Shown here piece after piece: positions 49,641 through 62,300 of a DNA stretch of 64,000 bases (the stretch's first letter is position 1; each line of letters opens with the position of its first letter). Where the stretch lies: positions 392,665 through 456,664 of the forward strand of contig JAAOMT010000515.1 of NCBI GenBank assembly GCA_016748015.1. The letters run 5' to 3'. The notes beneath the pieces are model-generated. The model was not told the origin of the DNA. It saw only the letters and a list, made by a program, of their open reading frames with translations, and searched no databases. The stretch is from Geosiphon pyriformis uo1. Lineage: Eukaryota; Fungi; Glomeromycota. The position numbers and the translations under genes were made by a program.

Positions 49641-52600
49641 AATTTTTTTAATTATTTATTTAGCTATAATTAATTATATGTATTAACTATTAATAATATT
49701 AATTAATATTCTTTTTTTAAAAATAGTTATTAATATATTAACTTGATTATTAATTTAATTATTAACCAAATTATTAATATATTTATTAATTTCTTTTTAA
49801 AATGTATTTATATTTAAATTTTTTTTTTTTTTTTTTTATTGCTTTTAACAAGTGAAGTCCAACTGCTATCTAGTACATAGAGCCAAACTAAGTGACCCAA
49901 ACTAAATGCAATTTATGTACATACTACATATGACTAGCCACTCAGGCCAGTCAAGACAACATTACACATCTATAATGACACTAACAATACCACTTAGACC
50001 AGAAAAAAAACAGCACAGCAAATGATGACCAAAGTTAACAGCAAATAATTCAACCACACCAAGCATTCTAACCACTCCACCTGACAACATAAAAGAAACA
50101 TCACAAGACAAACCAGAAACAACTCCACTATCAGCAACCAAACCAGCCTTCTCTATCTGCACCCTGTGCTCAGATCTCACCAACCATGCTCTCACATGAT
50201 GTAAATTAGCTACAAACCTAACAAAATTGACAATTTTACCAATGGCTTGCTTCTTATCATTAAATACACCCCAAGTCTCTTCACACCATTTATTTAGCAC
50301 AAAGCCTTTGTACACAATAGAATACAAACCAACATCCAAAGAAGAGGCAGACAACATCTACAAAACAGCTAAAGATAACAAGTCACAAAGACCTGCCACC
50401 AAAACCCAATGAGCAGAAGCTTCAACCAAAATCTCATTACAAATAACAACATCCCGAGAGCACATAAAGGCATGGTCAGAAAATTCCATTTCACCACACA
50501 GCAGGCACAATATGCCAAAATAACTCTTATCATACAGTTTTTTTCAAACAGCTATTAGAAGACGCCTGTGCACAGTTTTCATCAAATATAAGCACATGTT
50601 CGAAGTTTTTCAACCAGTAAATCCAGCAAGCATATGAGAATCCGGATGCCAAACTTTCACAGTAGAAATCCAGTCTATACATCCAATCAAGTCAACAGGT
50701 ACCACACCCACACCAGACTCAGCCTCCCAGTAAGCATGATTAATAGATCAAAAAATGTCCCTTACAAAGTAGCAGGCATTACCAGAGATTGCCGTGTTAT
50801 CAGCCACCAAATAATGTTCATGAACCTTTGTCAACAAAGAGAAGGAAGATCGAGCAGCTTTTCCAGCCACCAAATCAGCCTTGACATTACCTGAAATGCC
50901 AGAATAGCCCTCAATCTTAACCCAAACCACCTCGAGATCTTTTTCCCTAACCAAATTGAAAATATGGCATCTCTCCAACCAGCACTAATTACGAAAATCA
51001 GGCATGACACAAGACAACTCCAACAAGTAGGCATCAATAGCAGCTTGGCTATCAATATGCAAAATCACTCAACAAGAGAAAGGTACACACTCAAAAGCCA
51101 ATGCAACAGCCTGCAACTCAACCAAAGTAGAGAATAATAGACCACCAACCACAACACCAACACTCTTATCCAGAACCAGAAAATATACAGTAACACTACA
51201 AGCAGCATCAACTGAGCCAGTATTTCTTAAAGATCCATTAGTATACACCTTAAAGCAGCTAGACCAGATATTATGCAACTCATCTTTCACCAAAGAAAAC
51301 ACATCAGAATCTAAAATGTTTGTATTAACAGACTGAACAAAACCAGCAGAACTGGAAGCAGAAAAGCTCTAAACCAACATAAACTCAGACACAACTGAGA
51401 ACCAGCATGGCATAAGGCCCCATGGGTCCAACCTCTTCCAACAATGAAAAGTCTTCCAATCTAGCACATGGCTTCTCTTATCCAAAAGCTAATCACCAAA
51501 AGCAACCCCAAAATGCTTCAGAGAGTGAACAGAATTAAAATACTCAGAACTACCAAGAATTAATGAAAGTGAAAAACGATCTGGACTATGAAAGGCATTG
51601 GGAAGGTTGTTAGCCAAAGAAAGCTTATTACTCAAAAAAATCTTCATAATCCCAGCCAAAAAGTTGTTGACCAGACTAACATGCAGCTTGACAGGAAACT
51701 GCAAAAGATTCAGAGGAGCCCAACCAAAAACCTGCAAGTGTATAAACTTATAATCAAACAAACATCTAAGGACCTCAAAGGCATTAGAAAAGGACACCAA
51801 AGCAGCAATCTTCCCTTCAGATTGCACTTGTTCAAAAGTTTTCAAGCCATACAAAGAAGAGTGATATAAAGCAGCATCCAAAAAATCACAAGGCAAACCA
51901 GCTTTAGACTTAAGACCTTTCTTAACCATAACATCCCATTTGTGACAAACACCAGACGAAACAAAACTAAATTGAGTCTGGTAACTAACAATAGACTGCA
52001 AGACAGCTGAGACCAAATATGAGAACTGTTTATCAGTGATAGCCTTCCTGAGCACGACGTTAACAAAAAAACAAACATCAGAATGAGCTTTGGACACATT
52101 AGGTTTAAACAAACTCTCCATAGACAAGAAGATACCCAGATAATGATGAGCTTTGCCGTTTTTAGCAATTGAGATTGGCTGACCACAAATACTCAGAGAG
52201 GCAACCCTAACATCCTGGTTAATGGGAATAGCCACCGTTTTATCATTATTAATAAAAATATCATTGATTTTGAAGAACTCACTGGCAATGTTCAGAGCAT
52301 ACTGAGTGGAGGCCTAACAATTTCCAATCCAAATTGTATCATCAATGAATGCACCAGCAGCCAAGTAAGACATCATCCTACCCACACCCTCAACTCTGCC
52401 CATCTTCATAACAAACTTAGAATCAACATGGTATTTACATAAATGCTTGTGTCTTTTCACTTTGCAAAAGAGTGGATCATAGAAAATCCTCTATAAGAGA
52501 GGCAAAAAAACTTCACTCTGGTCCAATCTATCATGTACACTATAGCCATCTGATAAGCCAAAATTAGTCATCACCCTGTTAACCCTATTCTCATGAATGT

Positions 52601-55600
52601 TTCCAAAATATCCAATAAACCTTTCACACATTTTGATGCACCACAAACTAGCTCTTAAGTGAGGCCAACCAACAGAATCATACGCCTTCCACATATCCTG
52701 TAAAACCAACCAAATTTCCCTATTTTTTTTCAGAGCATCCTCCACAACTAAACCAACCACAAACACTAGAGATTGCGTAGAAGCACCTCAGAGAACTGAA
52801 AAATTATCACCCCAGAGAACACCAAACTTACTACAAGCCAAAGAGATGTGATCAGACAAAATCTTAGACAAAATTTTTTTGGCAGTCTCAATCAAAGCAA
52901 TAGGTCAAGTGTTTGTAAGAACCCCATCTCAATCATAAGGCTTTGGGATCATTGAGACCCACACCTTTTTCCAAAAAGCAGACACCATGCCAACAGATAA
53001 GTATACATTCAGCAACACCAAAAGGCATTCCAACATCTCACCACAACTATGTTTCCAAAGTTCATTGAGAATGCCAGACAAGTCAGCAGCTTTGCCATCA
53101 GGAAGACCATTAGTAACCAAAAGTAATTCACCCATGCTAATTGCACTGATCACATTAGAAAAGGATCTCTAACATAGTTCAAAGATGTATACTAACGAGC
53201 CCAGAGATCAGACAGCACCGTAGGCATCACATGCTTCTATGTCCAACCCTCCATAATCTTGTCAACACTTGATCTAATCTCTTCCAGCTCCAATATCAAC
53301 TCATCATCAACCACCAAGTGATCCAACACCACCTTTTGAAATGGCCAATCCAGAACACTCCTAATTATACTCCCTTTGTCCAAGCAAAATTGTTCTATAT
53401 GCTTCTCAATAGCCATTCTGATAGTAGCCTCTTGCAACAACTTTGACTCAAACATCTTGGATTTTCTGTACTCCTTTTTGACAAGCAACAGATAACTAAG
53501 AAGATTCTCTATTTTTTGGCTATCATGAACCATGTCCTCCATAACAAGAGCTTTACTGGCATCTAGAGCCGACCATTTCTTCACAAACTGATTGAAACCA
53601 AAAGTATTAGCAGAGATCAAGCATTTGACTATCTTGGCAATCAGCGACTCCAAACCCAGGAACTTAGAAGAATGTTTATTTTTCAAGCACTGAAAATCAC
53701 AGAACCAATGTCTAGAAAATATTTCATCTGCAGAATTCACCACTATTTTTTCTAGCAAAGACCACATAGCATCCAAATCAAGACCAGCAGCAGTGCCAAA
53801 AAACCTCCCCTTTACTTTCAACATCTTAGCAGAGAAATATTCCTTAAAATGGAACCACTCAGCACCATCAGTATTCTTGATCCTAAACTTCCAACAATTT
53901 TTGTTGGCCTGCTTATGCAAATCATTTAGCCGAATATCTAAGAGCCCACTCAGGCCAACCAAAACCATGACAGATTTGTAATCCGTATTAAAGAAATCAG
54001 AAACAGAATTAACACAATGCTTCACAACAGCAGAAGATAAAGTCTCACTAACAAGAATAAAATCAATTGTCTTCTCCACCCCCTAAAATTGCTCTATGTA
54101 GCCATTTTGACCAAAGAGTGTCCAGCAAAAGAATTGACTAAACCCAAATCCAAACAGAACTTAAAACTTGCACTTCTCCCAAAGTCATTCTCATTGAAAT
54201 CGCCAGCCAGAACAACAAAAGTGCTGGAGTTAACAGACTTAGCAATAAGAGAATTCACTGCAGGAGCCTAAGCAAACCTAGTTCCAGGAGAAGCACCAGT
54301 ATACAAACCCAGAATTGTAACCAAAAGCTTGCCTTTAAACAAAAGCTGAATCAAAATCAAATAACCAGAAACTTTTTCAACCTTAGAAACATGGCGAGCC
54401 AAAGAGTTGTCCATAATCACAGCAATGCCAGCACCAAGATAACCAATATCCAACCCAGAAGTAAAAATCCGAACCTCATCAAATTTGTTCTTGATCCATG
54501 ATCCAAAAGAGGACCTTAATTTTGTCTCAGCAACAAAAGAAACCATATTCCTAGAACTCACATGCTAATGAACAATGTCTGCCTGTTTTGCAAGGACATT
54601 AATACCCCGAACATTGCACATAGCAAATTTCCAAATCAGACCACTCATTGAGATAACAGAGGTAGGGACAAACTTGAACCAGAACACAAAAGATCTAATT
54701 TTACCATGATCAAACTGAACAAAGCCTCTAGAGCAGACATTTTAGACTCCAAACTGCCCAACTTGGAAGTGAGAACCTTTGAACTACTCGAATTAAGACC
54801 ATCCACAGATCCACTACTACTTGAAAAAGGGGGAGTAGCCAAAGCCAACAAACCATCCAGAGCCATATCCAAATCCACAACTGGAGCCAAAGGCACAGAA
54901 ACAGCCAAAGGAGAAGCACAAGATGGAGACACTAATGACACCAGTTTAACAAAACTCAATTTTTTAATAATAACAGAAACTTGATTTGCTAGAATTTCTA
55001 AAGAGCGCTCCAAAACTACCAAATGCTCACCCAATTCATTGACTTGAGGACCAGAAGAACCCAAAGAGAGAGGTGGACCACCAGAGAGCAAACCAGAACC
55101 AAAAAGGGAGCCACCAGAAGAGGAGTTAAGAGACACTATCTGAGCCCATGATTTGCCACCAAAGACAGCAGGGTGAGAGATTGGAACTTTTTTTTTCGCG
55201 TACAACTTAGCCAACCAAAAATGATTATAACCAGAAGCAGGCTTTTTGAATAAACTTGAGAGCTCAGAAGATGACACAACTGATACATTACATTTCAGAA
55301 TCAAATGGCCAAAATGCCCACATTTTCCACATTTAACCAAATCCAATCTGGTCCATAAGAGTCGCACACCACCAAAAATAGGTTCAATATAAAAGGCAGT
55401 ATCCAAATCCTCTTCAGATTTAAAGCCAACCACAACACAACAAACCTTATTGCCAGTGTTCAAAGATTGATTAATGATGCAGGTTTTCCCACCAGCCCTA
55501 TCCAAAAGAGTACCAAGATCATGTGCAGTTGTTTCCATTGGCAAGGTAAACAGAAGCACCCTGAATTGGTCCCTAGAAGCCCAAGTCTCATGATCCCCCA

Positions 55601-56387
55601 TGGCCATAGCCACAAAAACTGAGTCTTTCCTAATTAGGAATGACCATCTTAAAGCCAACTGTACAGCTTGATCAGAATCGGCGAATTCTACCACAGTCTT
55701 TTGCCATAAACCGATTAGTTGAATTTTGATTGATTTAATTTTGCCAAATTCGGCTACTGCAGTGACAATCATATCCTTAGATGTGTCTATGGGAATTTCC
55801 TTAATCACTATGGCCCAATCTGAACGAATTTTTTGTTTCTTAAGATCACTGTTTATGTTGATCCCATTTTCACCAGCCAATAAAACAGTCTTCTTCATGC
55901 TTTTCTCTGATGTAAACATTGATTTGATGATCTCTTCAAATTTTGAGGAGGTAGTGGCCCCCCCAAAACCATTGATTTTTGAAAAAATCTTTCTTATGTA
56001 CTGAGTTTTCGCTGTCGCTGATTTGTCTTCCACAGCTGAAAGATTGATATTCAAGGCAAAAAACTTTTTAACAGGTGTATTTACTTGAGTTTTGAAAATC
56101 ACAGGGTCGACCCAATCACTTTTTTTTTTTCCGAAGAGGCCAACACAAGAGGAAGTGGAAGAGACTTACTTTTTTGTCCATAATATAGTTGGGAGAGCCA
56201 AGAGGGGAGCTGAAATTCGCACCAGAATTGACACACTTAGCTTTAAGAGTATTCATAGCTGAACCCAGAAGAGAACCATCATCATCCACACTCATGCTCA
56301 CATCCTCATCATCACCAGACAGACTCTCTATATCAGAAAACATACTGATACCAGAACCAGACTTTAAAAAAATATCTTTCTTATTAC

Positions 56388-57472
56388 TGTTACCCGAGTA
56401 GAAAAACTGATTCAAAGTTATGAAGAAACGTGACCAAAACATGACATAACACAGAATAACATGCAATAATATTGGATAATGTGTTATAACGTAGGATAAC
56501 GTGTTATAATACAGGATAACACAGAATAGCACGCAATAATATAAAATAACGTGTTATAACGCAGGATAACACAGAATAACATGTAATAACTTTAAATAAT
56601 GTGTTATAACATAGGATAACTAGCAATAATGTAGAAAAATGAAGCAATAACAGAAACAACAAAGCAATAGCTAGCAATAGCGAGACAATTGAAAGCAATC
56701 CTGTAAAACCAAAAGAATGTATAAAAACAAGTAGTTGTAGAAGTGAGAAAAAACAGACAGATAGATACAAACTTCTAGACCAGAATTAAAATATCCATAT
56801 CCTTTCATCCTTTATTATCTTCCCTATTTCATCTCCTGAAATAAACCAATTATTAAAAGAAATCAGAATCATGAATTTATGTTCTTAAACTTCGTGGAAT
56901 TTATGTGAATTAACCTTTGTCTCATACCTCTGTTCTAGAACAGATGCTCTTAGCATAACCACCTCGAACCTATTAATGATTTGGACCAATTGCTCTTGAT
57001 CACGGCAATTGACAATACTAATTTATTTTTTCTCTCTTTTCTTTTCTTTTCTTTTTCTTTTTCTTTCTTTTTCTGTGTGTATTTTTGTGAAGTGGCAACA
57101 TAGTAAAATCGACTGTCTGGAAATAGACTTTGTGATAGCCTGGTAAAAGAGGGAAGCTCCTCCTAAGTTTTGGATATTAACATTATCTTGTTAGCTTACC
57201 AGAAGGGCGAAAAAACAACGCCAGATCCTAATGACTGTGCTTGTTAGCTTGGAGAAGAAAGTTCACATTTACGAAAAACGTTGTAATTGATAAAAAACAA
57301 ACTCTGTGCCTTATAACCAAAAAAATTAACAGGTAAAATTCACATCCAGGAATAGACCTTCAGAGACTGATAATCAAGACTAAGTCAACAGAATTACACA
57401 GAAGACGCATTATTAATAATTGAGAGCTGCCAACATTACTATTTCTTATACCCACCAAGTTTACCTATAACA
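56388..57472 (+). mobile_element. Solo LTR (1085 bp), TGTTA...TAACA termini, 4-bp TSD (TTAC/TCAC)
   Basis: TG...CA ends with a 5-bp inverted repeat. Removing the insert plus one TSD copy restores LINE-B ORF1 in frame (HSGDKKD). Candidate TATA (TATAAAAA ~56720) and AATAAA (~56839) suggest + orientation. Confidence 0.8.
56440..56630. repeat. Minisatellite of ~10-bp subunits within the LTR
   Basis: Recurring GTGTTATAAC / RYAGGATAAC / ACAGAATAAC / ATGCAATAAT units. Confidence 0.85.
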
Positions 57473-58267
57473 TCACCTGAGTGCTTCACATTACCAAGAA
57501 CAACTTTCTTTTTTTGCATAAAAGAACCACTGGTCAGACCATGAAAAGCACCTTTAGATGCCTTTTTCTTAGACATATTGCTACCAAAGGCAGCTTCTAA
57601 ATCTACCACAAAAAGGTTATTAGTTAAAAAAATGTTGATATAATACAAGCAAAAAAACAAAAAACTTCTTATTCAGAAATATGCTTATTAAGGATTTTTG
57701 GAGCTAAGAGAGAAAGAAGTTTTTTATTTATATTTAAATTATACTTAAATTAATATAATAATATTAATTTTTATTTTACTATTTTATTTCTTTTTTTTTT
57801 GATTTATATAATTATTAGTTTTTGTAAAATATATTAAATAAATTATTATTAAAAATTTAACTAATACTTGATATTAAATTCTAAAAACATTAATATAAAG
57901 CATAAAATTAATTTTATATATTAAATTCTTACTAATTTAATTTGCTTATAAAAGTTAAATTACTCTTTTAATTATTTTATCATTATATAATATTGTTTAT
58001 TTTTGTTATATATTAATGTATTATATTTAATTGTAATAATATAAACAATTTTTTAAATATTATATTAATTTTAAATAAGTATAAAAAATAAACAAAGTAA
58101 AAATTAAATAAATTTTATATTATATTTGGCTATTAGTATTTTTATTAATAATACTATTTAGATTAATAATAATTATATTATTATATAGTATATTTTCAGA
58201 TTAATAATATATTTATTAATACTAATAAAATTACAACTATAATTAATTAGTAAATTGTTAAAAAAAA

Positions 58268-60548
58268 CTCTTTGTCTTCTTAATTTTATGACTACAACCA
58301 AAGCAAAGAGTAAAAAAGCTATACCTAATATCTTTTCTGAGATATCTAATAAAATTTCAACCAGAAGAGCTTTTTTTGTTGTAGAAGCAACTAAACAGAA
58401 TGTTTTAAAAGTCTTTCTTTTATTTAGTAATCATAAAAAACTGCTTTTGGTAGCTACTAAAACAACTTCTTCATCTTTGGCTGGTTTTTTACCAGTCAAA
58501 GTTCTCTCAAAAAGACACATTTGAATTAGTTTCAGTGTTGTCTTCACTCCAACTAAGAGCCCAAAAGTTTTTAATAATAGATTTGTAAACAAGCTGATTT
58601 TCTTCTTTTTAGTTTTAACACTTGGTGCTGTTAGCATTATATCTTCAAAAAAAATGGTCAAAAAAACCAAAAGTTCAAAAAAGTGGAAGCAGTCACTTGT
58701 CTTTGCTATTATTATACTGAATCTCTTTGTAGTTTCTAATAAGATCTTAGGTGAGATTTCTATAATATTATTTGGCATGTCATCTAAGATAAGCCAAGAT
58801 CAACCACTAACTGTATTGCCAAATATGGTGTTTTCTGGCAGATTATTGCCAGTTTTAAAAGCAAAACAATTATTTTCTGTGATGTTATCTGTTCTTAAAA
58901 ACTGGGCTGACCAAATAGAAACTGAATCATTTTCTTTTTTAATTTCTGATGCTGCTGTTGGTGGTGCTTGGAAAACTATTATTAGTCATTAAAAGTTTGC
59001 TGAATGGATGGCCTCTATTTTAGTGCCTAAAGCTACTTTCAAGATTAAATTGGCTCATATTAAGGCTATTTTTCAGTCTGTGCATGGTTTTTTGGGTACA
59101 AAGTCAGTTGTAAAAGATAGTGTAAAGCTCTTCTGTATGAAATTTGCTTCCCAAAACTCTTTGGATGCTGCATTTTTGGTCAAGCTTACAAGCTCTATTC
59201 ATCTTGCCACTTTTAAAATTGCCAAGTTTTTGGTAGTTTTTAAGTCTGGCTCCTCATTTGCTGCTGTTGCACTGTGTGATGTGCTCTTAGGTGTGTTTGT
59301 TGCTAATATTAAAACAGTTTTTGGTATATTTGGCAGTATTACTTATGTTGTGCTAAAGCCCGCTGGTATTTGGCAATATGTGATTGTTTATTTTAAGAAA
59401 TTGAATTTTGCTGTGTCTGTTTTGAATTATTGGTCAGTTTTGGTGAACAAGAATAGTATTAGAATCCTTCTCTTGGTGAATTAAAATAAAACTATTCTGT
59501 TTTATAATAGAATTAAGACCAAGTTAGTCAATTTTTTTTTTAACTACACAGCTTTTGAAATTAGTGATATAATTTTTCAGATTGGTGGTCAGACATGTTT
59601 CATTCTTTGTTTTTCTGAATCTGGTTATTGTTCTTGGTTTGCTTTGGTTACATTTGGTTCTCAGATTGATTTAGATTCTGTAGTTGTCAAGACTGGTACC
59701 CTAAGAAAATGCCATATTTGGTGAGAAATTCTTAGTTGTCAGCATTGCTTTAGGTGTTAAGAAGTAGACTATTTAGCTGTAGACTGTAAAGTATTTTTAC
59801 CTCTCTCTTTTAAGGCTCCTAAAATGTTTAAATTACATTTTGTAAATGGTGTTTTTTATGTAAAAACTTTTGTTTTCCTGAATTCTTCTAAGTTTCTTCT
59901 CTTGGCAGTTTCTATTTCTTCTTTTATAATTGTTGACAATCTCTTGGTGTCCTTTTAGTTGGCTTTTTTGGAGTCTGATTTGGCCAAGCTTTCTGTTTTG
60001 GTTAAGTCTATTGTCAAACCAGTTAGTTCATTGGTCAAATTATTTGAACAATTTATTAATAAAAATTTGATCTCAAGCAGTAAACTTGGTCTTAAAGTTA
60101 ATAAAATTTTGGTACATATGGGTTTTTTTAGTAAAGTTGTTGGTAAGTTAGAAAAAAAAATAATTTTTTTAAAAAAAGAGTACTACATAAAGGATGTTGA
60201 TATGTTTGGTAATTTAGAGCACCCAATTAGTCTAAGTGATGAAGTGTTTTCTAACTTAATGTTTTTTTGGAAACATGAATCTGTTGTTATAAAAACTGAT
60301 GTCTTTAAAACGGCTAAATGGCTGGTTGAATTGGTTAGTGATAATACTATATTGTTTAAAATTGTTCAAAAAATGTCTTCTTTGGGTAAGTTTTCTTCTA
60401 AAACTTCAGCATAGTATGTTTTTGATTAATCTGAGTGACTAGTCACATGTAGTAAGTGCATAATTAGCACCTATTTTAAATCACTTAGTTTAATATATTG
60501 TACTAAGTAGCTTTTGGGCTGCACTCATTAAACAAATAAAAAAAAAGA
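58268..60548 (+). mobile_element. Non-autonomous ORF1-only retroelement (half-LINE) with LINE-type 3' tail and A-rich end
   Basis: Single reading frame 58288-60414 (709 codons, interrupted only by in-frame stops) with gag-like CCHC CFRC*EVDYLAVDC and similarity to LINE ORF1 (GIWQYVIVYF vs GLWQKTVVEF; GGQTCFI vs GGKTCII). It is followed directly by the LINE 3' UTR and an A-tract, with no ORF2. Confidence 0.8.
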
Positions 60549-60899
60549 ATTGTTAATACTTTTTTGTCTATTAGCAAATTACTTATTATAATTATTAATA
60601 AACAATACATTAATATTTAAATATTTTTTTGTTTATAAATAATTTTTTTAAGTTTAATTTTGTCAAAACTTATTCTAATATTAAGTTTTTTATCAATATA
60701 ATTTATGTATTTAATCTTTATTATATTATAATTTATTATTAATTACAGATCTTAATTTAATTTTATTTTTAAAATAAGATATAATGATCTATAAAAATTT
60801 AAAAAATAAATTTTTTTAAAAACTTTTTAAATAAAGCATTATATTTTTTTTTTCTGTATAGCTTTAAATTTTTAAGCAAATATAAACTAAAAACAAAAG

Positions 60900-62300
60900 T
60901 ATAATATTGGTATTATTTTTAATATTTTTAATATTGTTAATTATTTTTTAAGTATTAATTATTAGATTTATAAGTTTCTAATTAAATTTTTTGGCTAATA
61001 TAATTAAGATTTTATTAAAATATAATATTTTTTTGGTAATTTTTTTTTTATAACTTTTAATTTTGGTGATACTTTTATTTCGAATATTTAAATATTTTAT
61101 TTTATTATAAAATAGCTGGATCTTTAAAAAAATTCAATATAATTTTTAATAAATATTTAATTTACAAATATAACCAGATTTTTGAGTAAAATACTTTTTA
61201 TTAATAAAAAAAATTAAATCTAAGAAGTTTATATTTTGTTGATTTATTGTTTTTTTTAAAAAAAAACTTATATATTGTTATTTTATCTTTTAATTATAGT
61301 TTTAACTATTAGAATATTTTTAATTTTTGTAGTTTGTCTGTAATTAAAGAATGTTTAATAAAAAAATTGCTAATTATAAGTATTTTTATAAATAGTTTAT
61401 TAATAAAATTAAATTATTATAATATAATTAGTAAAACTATAGTATTTTTTAATAATTTAAGTTTGGATATTAATGTTTAGATTTCTGGCTTAGTATTATT
61501 AATATTGGTTAAATTACAGATTATTTTTTGGTTTTTAAGTTTATACTTTATTTAGTATAGTTAATATTCAATTTAATAATTAAACAGTTTTTAATATTTG
61601 TATTTTAGAACTTAATTTGTTATTATTAAATGTTTATAATTGCTGTTAAATTAAAAAAACCAAATTGTTAATTCTATTTAAACCAAAAATATTTTAGTTA
61701 TTTGGTTCAAATTAAAAGTTATTTTAATATAATTAATAATAATATAGTTAATAATTTGGCTTATAAGATTACTTAATTATTTTTGTGTCTTTTAGTTTTA
61801 ATATGTAAAAGTTTTTTTTAAATTAATAAGATAATTGTTTTAAATAATTCTTGTTATTTTTTTTAATATATATTAAGCAATAAATTATGCTTAATAAAAA
61901 GTTAAACTAAGTATTAATAGAGTTTAATAGTATAATTAAAAATATAAACTAGAATTATATATTTGTTATTTGTTATTTAGATCTTTATATAAGTTTGAAT
62001 TTATCAATAAACTAATAACTAGTTTGTGAACATATTTGATAAAATTTGTTTACAGATAACTTTTGGTTATTATTTGAAAATATTTGTATAATAAGTATTA
62101 TTCTAAAAATTTTTGTTTTTATTACGAGAAAATTTAATTTTCAGATTATTTTTACATATAAATTAAACTTTTTTGTTTATTTAAAGTTGTTAAAAAAATT
62201 GTCTAAATTTTGGGTTTTTTTTACTAATGCTTTATCTTTGTTATTTTTGTTTTGTGTTTATTTATCTTTGATTAGAAATGTTAATTAGTTCTTAAAGATC
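60900..62300 (+). mobile_element. Almost erased LINE ORF2 (RNase H / C-terminal region) relic
   Basis: ~61680-61765 aligns to EKDLEVVWVKIEGYSGISGNVKAD. ~62000-62100 reads FINKLITSL*TYLIKFVYR*LLVII*KYLYNKYY, versus LINE-A FTSKPSAGICTYFMKALHHWLPVAVRKHLYNRCY. Boundaries approximate. Confidence 0.6.

Larger units (their letters stand above)
49819..57720 (-). mobile_element. Full-length degenerate LINE-B with poly(A) tail; ORF1 interrupted by a solo LTR
   Basis: Poly(T) at 49819-49837 is the poly(A) tail. ORF2 54648-49962: MSGLIWKFAMCNVRGIN, AETKL, GDFNE, IPKPYD, LQDMWKAYDSVG, AFIDDTIW, VYTNGSL, WVKIEGYSGISGNVKAD, CLLCGEMEFSDHAFMC. ORF1 has knuckle CGKCGHFGHLILKC; its 5' part (MSKKKASKG...KHSG) lies at 57473-57720. 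Confidence 0.92.

Noticed and set aside
43124-56102. LINE ORF fragments as separate host genes, or as evidence of an alternative genetic code
   Set aside because: They are collinear pieces of ORF1/ORF2. All three stop types and frameshifts occur at different positions in the two copies, and host genes use standard stops.
43286-56401. Numerous + strand ORFs antisense to the LINEs
   Set aside because: Shadow ORFs caused by strand compositional bias; no recognisable domains.
56440-56630. CRISPR-like periodic array
   Set aside because: There are no unique spacers and no cas genes, and the context is eukaryotic. It is a minisatellite inside an LTR.
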